Below are positions 58,974-64,000 of a stretch of DNA of 64,000 bases, in pieces. The translations under genes and the position numbers were made by a program. Each line of letters begins with the position of its first letter. Position 1 is the stretch's first letter. This DNA comes from Oculina patagonica (lineage: Eukaryota): assembly GCF_052425735.1 (NCBI RefSeq), contig NC_135761.1, positions 58,962,001-59,026,000 of the forward strand, written 5' to 3'. Under the pieces are notes generated by a model that had not been told where the DNA came from, ran no database searches, and was given only the letters and a program-made list of their open reading frames with translations.

Positions 58974-59876
58974 TCACTTGGAATAAATCCAGGTCTCCGA
59001 GTTGACATTGTTGAGATCAGAAAAGTTCGGAGCTCTGTTGATTTCAGCTCTTACATTTTCCTGATTCCCATCAGTGTGCTTGTCTGACAGATTTGTCTCA
59101 CTGACTGCATATCGCTGTAAGACATTGCGAGAGAATGCCGAATTAAAACAGTTTAAACGTGCCCTTTTGCAAGGTGCAAGTTCCTTTGGGTCTTTGTTGG
59201 TAGGGCATGAATTTTTCCTTGCTAGCTTTAGTTTGGTGGGTTCCTGATCGGGTACACTTTCTTCACTCTTGTCAGTGCTTGCGTTTAAGTTGAATTTCTC
59301 GTCCAAATAAGCACCAAAGCTCTGTGCCAAAAACTGCTGACTTGCACGCAAAACTTCCTCGGACATGGCTCCCTTTATTGGCGTCCACTTCTGGCAGTCC
59401 TCGCCAGTGGATTGCAAACTTTCTAAGCTTGATGTGGATCCGTCCATGTAGGGAAGTAGTAAATATTCTTTTCCTTCTCTCAGAATCGCCGAGGCCAAGA
59501 GGAACACGATCCCTTCTCCTTTAGCCACGTCAATCGCGAGTTGTCCTTCGAACGACGTCGCTGCGACATCCACGCTGCAAGAGTTGATCAGAAAGTTGAT
59601 GATGTCGACGTGCCCACCGGTTGCTGCGTAATGCAAACAGCTCCATCCCTTATCATCTCGCAGCTCCAGCTCGGCTCCATTCTCCACCAACAATCGGGCA
59701 GCTTCCAACTGTCCAGAGAGGCAGCTTCGATGCAAAGCTGTGATCCCATTGCTGTCCTGCTCATTGATCCTCGCTTTGTGATACTTCAAAGCAAACTTGA
59801 GCTGTGCCAAATCATTGGCATCAATCGCTTGTTTAAATAAATCTGCCACACTTGATTTCCTTCGGCGTTGGGCCAT
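58974..59876 (-). CDS. Single-exon ankyrin-repeat protein, 300 aa, with low-complexity C-terminal half
   Basis: NEQDSNGITALHRSCLSGQLEAARLLVENGA, DDKGWSCLHYAATGGHVDIINFLI and EGQLAIDVA fit the ankyrin consensus; loosely like PPP1R12/16/27-type N-termini, but orthology is not established. Confidence 0.85.
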   Translation of the reverse strand: MAQRRRKSSVADLFKQAIDANDLAQLKFALKYHKARINEQDSNGITALHRSCLSGQLEAARLLVENGAELELRDDKGWSCLHYAATGGHVDIINFLINSCSVDVAATSFEGQLAIDVAKGEGIVFLLASAILREGKEYLLLPYMDGSTSSLESLQSTGEDCQKWTPIKGAMSEEVLRASQQFLAQSFGAYLDEKFNLNASTDKSEESVPDQEPTKLKLARKNSCPTNKDPKELAPCKRARLNCFNSAFSRNVLQRYAVSETNLSDKHTDGNQENVRAEINRAPNFSDLNNVNSETWIYSK

Positions 59877-62448
59877 TGCAGAAGCTTTGGAGCAAATGGT
59901 GTGCTTGAAACGGCTATCACGGTTAATAGTATATCACTTTCATCTTGTTTCCTTCAAAATGTGTCACCTCTTGATCAAGTGTATAGTGACGCAAATGCCT
60001 TACAACTGCTTAACTCGCTTCAACGAACCCATTATTATGGAAATCGTAAACGATCCCTAATATAATAGGTTTTGGGTTTATTATAGTACTGTCATGAAAA
60101 CACCTTTGAATAAACGCGTGGTTTATTTGTTAAGAGAGTTCAAGTAGAATTAGTCTTTCGTGCGAACAATTTTTGTCTTAAGTTCGTCAAAAAAAGCCAA
60201 TTTTCAGAAGTCCAAAATAGCTGACAAGAAGTCATCATTTGGACTAAGTCAAAGTCAATTTACCTAAGCTTTTACTAATTAGCAAAATCTGGAACGTTCT
60301 AAGCTCCTCCGCTAGATGAAAATCCGGCTCGGAAGTTTCAAACATCAGTTTGGATTAAGCTGACCGAGTATGTAAATCACTGTAACGCCTTGATTACTGA
60401 AGTAATTAGCGTTTTAGTAAATAAACGGCGGTTTAACACCAGCATGTGACAAACCACAAAGGAAATAACAAGCATATGAATGAAATTTTAATAGCTCTAA
60501 ATTACTTCGTAGTCTTTCTCTAGATTGGCCATATGCTGATTTTAGGCAATGAAAGTCATGCAACTCAGTTCTACAAAGTTCTTTCGATGCAAGTGCAGTG
60601 CCCTTTTTCTTCTCATGTAAATATTTTCCGAGAAATGTTGATTTTGGATTGTTTCATTCACTTCGAGGACACAATAAAAGCTAATAAAGCTCGAAGTTAC
60701 AAGATTATTTATTAGCAACCGCATTTTTCGGTTGGGAAGGTACGAATTGTGTTGCGATTGACAAGTGATGATTAATTGAAAGAACCTTACGGGTTTCTTA
60801 TCGTGTTATCTACCAAATCTACCACAGATGAAAAAGGGACAATTATAACTAAATAAGTTGAACGTGTTCTTATATTTTTCAGCAAAGTGCCATCGAAACT
60901 ATGCGATTGAACTGCGTATAGCCATTTTTTATGCTCGTTGCATTGTCATGACCTGCACAGCGGATTCGCTCTAAGAAAAAGTCGAACACGTCAAGAACTC
61001 GGCTTCACCATGGACTTGATTCTTATCAAACAAAAACAAGAGTTCAAACACGCGATATCTGAACTGAGAATAAATACTTGATAACCGTTAAGGCGTGAAC
61101 ATTCTGAGCTCGAGAAGGTTGGTATATACAGCTGCTGGTTGCTCCTGATGGTTTAGATTGTTCCTGTACAGTTTATGTAAATAAAAAAAAAACGTTGAAA
61201 TTCTTTCTTTGAGTGGTGTGACCTTTTGAGGATCTAAATTATTTCTTATCAGTTTCCCACTCTGGCCGTAGGAGAGATACATGGATATAAGATTAGATCT
61301 GGATACTGTGAATTGGAGACTGAAAATAAGCCAAATTTATAACTCACAGCAGAAAAAAAACACCCATAGTCTAAACTCAGGGAGCCGTCACAGGAGGAAA
61401 ACATTAAACTGACAACATTACAAACGATATGATAAACAAATGGCTCCCACTGAGCTGACTTAATGTGCCGCCTGTCGAGTTCTGTGCAAGGCCACACGTT
61501 TCCCTTCAATTTACAAGCCAACGATTCGAGCCAATCAGCGCGCAGCATCATACCGCGCGGCAATAAATTTTTGAGGGAGTGTAATCTTGCGGATTGGTCA
61601 TTTTTTTTTAATTTCCGGGAACTAATTTTTGCGTTTGGTAACGAATTGTTTATCTAGAAGGGAATTAACTTCTGCGATTTTCAGTCAAACTACAAGTTAC
61701 TCACCATTCGGATGTTCAAACGTTGTAAAATAAGTGTCAATCGTATTACAATAACGTCTTCTTCTAGTATAGAGTGGACGTCTTCTTCTAGAGTGGCTGA
61801 CTGCTCCGTAAAATTGTTCCACTTGATACATCATCCTCCCTGTTATAGCAAATATTTTCATTTTCGGCACAACGTTATTCTTAAAAAGGCACCATTTTTG
61901 ATGCATAAGTAAAGATAATAAAGATGTGTACTGATATTTCCTCTATGGAATAAATTTTTTGCGGAAACATTTTTTGCGGTAATTTATATTTGCGGGGATC
62001 GTGGAAAAAAAGAAAAAAAAAAGGAAAAAATTAACCCGAAGAAATTTAAACCACTCGCTATCTCAATCTTTTACACTGTGAGAAGGAAGACGCCTTTTAG
62101 TGGCTAAAAATTCGAAAAATTCCTTGCTTTTGGGCAAAACTTAATTTCAACTGATAAAGGGTCATTTAATTCTCTAAAATCAATTTTGGACAGCTTTTAA
62201 TTGTTGATATTAATTGTAACACAGTATATTCTGTGTATATTCTGTGTACATGTTTGGGCCATGGGCCCTCGTGATTAAAGAGACAAAACATGGTGAGCGT
62301 TTTTTTGGAAAAATGATATTTTTTGTCATTCACTGAGAACAATATAAAATTTGCAATTGAAGTTTCCGTTAAAATAATTTTACCTTCTTCAGCAATATGT
62401 AAAACGGCAAATAATACAAAATGTTAAATGAGATGTTTTACAAGTTAA

Positions 62449-62854
62449 CCCTCGGACGTACAAGCAAACTCGTACCCCCCCCCCCCCCCCACCATCGTAC
62501 AAATGGGGGGTGCGGATTTTTTTAACTCAGATTTTTTAAATAACGGAAATTGATGCAAAATCAAGCAAAAATGCCTATCAAATCGTACAATTCTGTTTCA
62601 AAATACTGGAAAAAAAATAAAGAAAAAAGTTAAAAATTACGATTTTTGGCAAGACCTGCTTGTAATTACGACGTTGCCATGGCAACGCCAAATATAATGG
62701 ACACATGATTGACATATAAAAATTTCCGCAAAGGATGAATAAACAGCTACTGAAAGTTTCAGTGTTGTAGAGTAAATCCTCTTTTCAAAATTTCGAAAAA
62801 ACCTTACAAAGAGGGGTGGCATTCACCGCACTCTCCCCCTTGTACGTCCGAGGG
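62449..62854. mobile_element. piggyBac-like MITE
   Basis: TTAA|CCCTCGGACGTACAAG ... CTTGTACGTCCGAGGG|TTAA. Confidence 0.88.
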
Positions 62855-63197
62855 TTAAGATGGTGAGCATGATACAATTCAAATAAAAAAAATAAAAAGT
62901 ATGTAGTTTCAGATGTAATTTTGAAGTTTCCAACAACAGGCTATGTAAATAAGGAGCGTTTGTTTTTTGTTGTTGTTGATGTTGTATTTTTTATTCTTTT
63001 ATAAAATTAAGCCAACAAAATACAGTGACACATAACAACCATGTTAACAAGAACCTCATGCAAAACGATAAATTTGCCTTGGAGTGACAGTTGAGTCATT
63101 GGTTAAAAAAAGGCGCAAAGAGGGTGATTTTTTTATTCCCAAGTGTTTGCAGCTCGCATTTATATTATAAATTTGCCTATTAAAGAAAACTGATTTC

Positions 63198-63490
63198 TAA
63201 GCAAATGAAGGATCATCGCAGTAATGTACTCAACTTAAGCAGTTGAGAAAAGCAAGCCTGAAAACAATTGGAACCATCCACGGGTATATTACGAACTCAC
63301 AATTGACCAGCTCCCACTTGGCTTGATAGCTCTGTTGGTTAGAGCGCCGCACTAGTATCGCAGAGGTAGTTAGAGGTCATGGGTTCGATTCCCGTTCAAG
63401 CCTAAATTCTTTTCAGGCTTTCTTTTCTCAACTGTTTTAGTTGAGTACATTACTGCGATGATCCTTCATTTGCTTAAAAATGTATATCCG
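63198..63490 (+). mobile_element. tRNA-derived SINE-like repeat enclosed by inverted arms
   Basis: tRNA-like head 63320-63403 (acceptor stem ggcttga/tcaagcc, A box tagctctgttgg, B box ggttcgattccc, disrupted anticodon/variable region); 63198-63264 is the reverse complement of about 63409-63476. Confidence 0.75.
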
Positions 63491-64000
63491 CAATACAAAT
63501 AAATGAATTTCATATATTCATTTCATAAAACTGATTTCATTACTAAGAAAGGGTATACAAAATTCACTTGTCTTGCCTAGTTTAAAAAGAAAAGGGCCCA
63601 CTCCTGATAGAAACGATGCATAAACCTCAAAATAATACAATTTCTCGAATTTTTGTCACAGTTATTCCAAATAGCTATCAATTTATTATACCTATAAGTT
63701 TGTAAATCTATTTATACCATGCCATAGAAAATACAGCCAATCAGAATACAGGAAAGCCGTTGTATATTCGACGGTATTCAACTCAACCTTCCCATAGTGC
63801 GCTGCGACTGTATTCTCGACGAAATTTAGTAAGCGTATTTTCAATGGCATGGTATAAAATAGTTACACAACACTTTCTCGTGGTATACTATAGAATATCC
63901 CATTGTCACTTGTATTTTCTTGGCTCCCTCCCCCGATGCATAAACACTGCCTAAAGGCTCGTGTGTATACCGAGAAAAATACAAGTGACTCGTGGGATAT

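Noticed and set aside
63320-63403. Functional tRNA gene
   Set aside because: Anticodon/variable region disrupted by a duplication and embedded in repeat sequence

Overview
AT-rich, intron-containing animal DNA, not prokaryotic. The repeat landscape and gene style suggest an anthozoan such as a stony coral, which is an inference. Left 37.5 kb: four intronless minus-strand rhodopsin-class GPCR genes, the first cut by the window edge. They are interleaved with two copies of a three-exon plus-strand gene that the ORF track only partly shows. Spliced by hand, it encodes a 174-aa secreted protein with the zinc-binding motifs of bacterial/phage M15 (LAS-fold) peptidoglycan peptidases (TSSFR, SNHLVGHAID, WGGDF..DPVH). 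It has a signal peptide, GT-AG introns and mostly synonymous differences between copies, so it is a candidate domesticated antibacterial cell-wall hydrolase, placed head-to-head with a GPCR. The middle GPCR (16075-17085) is a chimera of its two neighbours, marking the unequal crossover that duplicated the GPCR-M15 unit. The second M15 copy carries a duplicated, splice-compatible first exon that has lost the signal-peptide core. Right part: an 8-exon signal-CUB-CUB-trypsin protease gene with a Pro-rich tail, and a single-exon ankyrin-repeat gene. The window also holds many mobile elements, several validated by empty sites in the paralogous segment: a Helentron-like HINE, a 4.4-kb foldback element with TTAA TSD, P-like, Mutator-like and piggyBac-like non-autonomous elements, Penelope-like relics, L2/CR1 and RTE tails, and a tRNA-derived repeat. 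Several minimal hammerhead ribozyme motifs are present. All calls were made by eye; no database searches were run.
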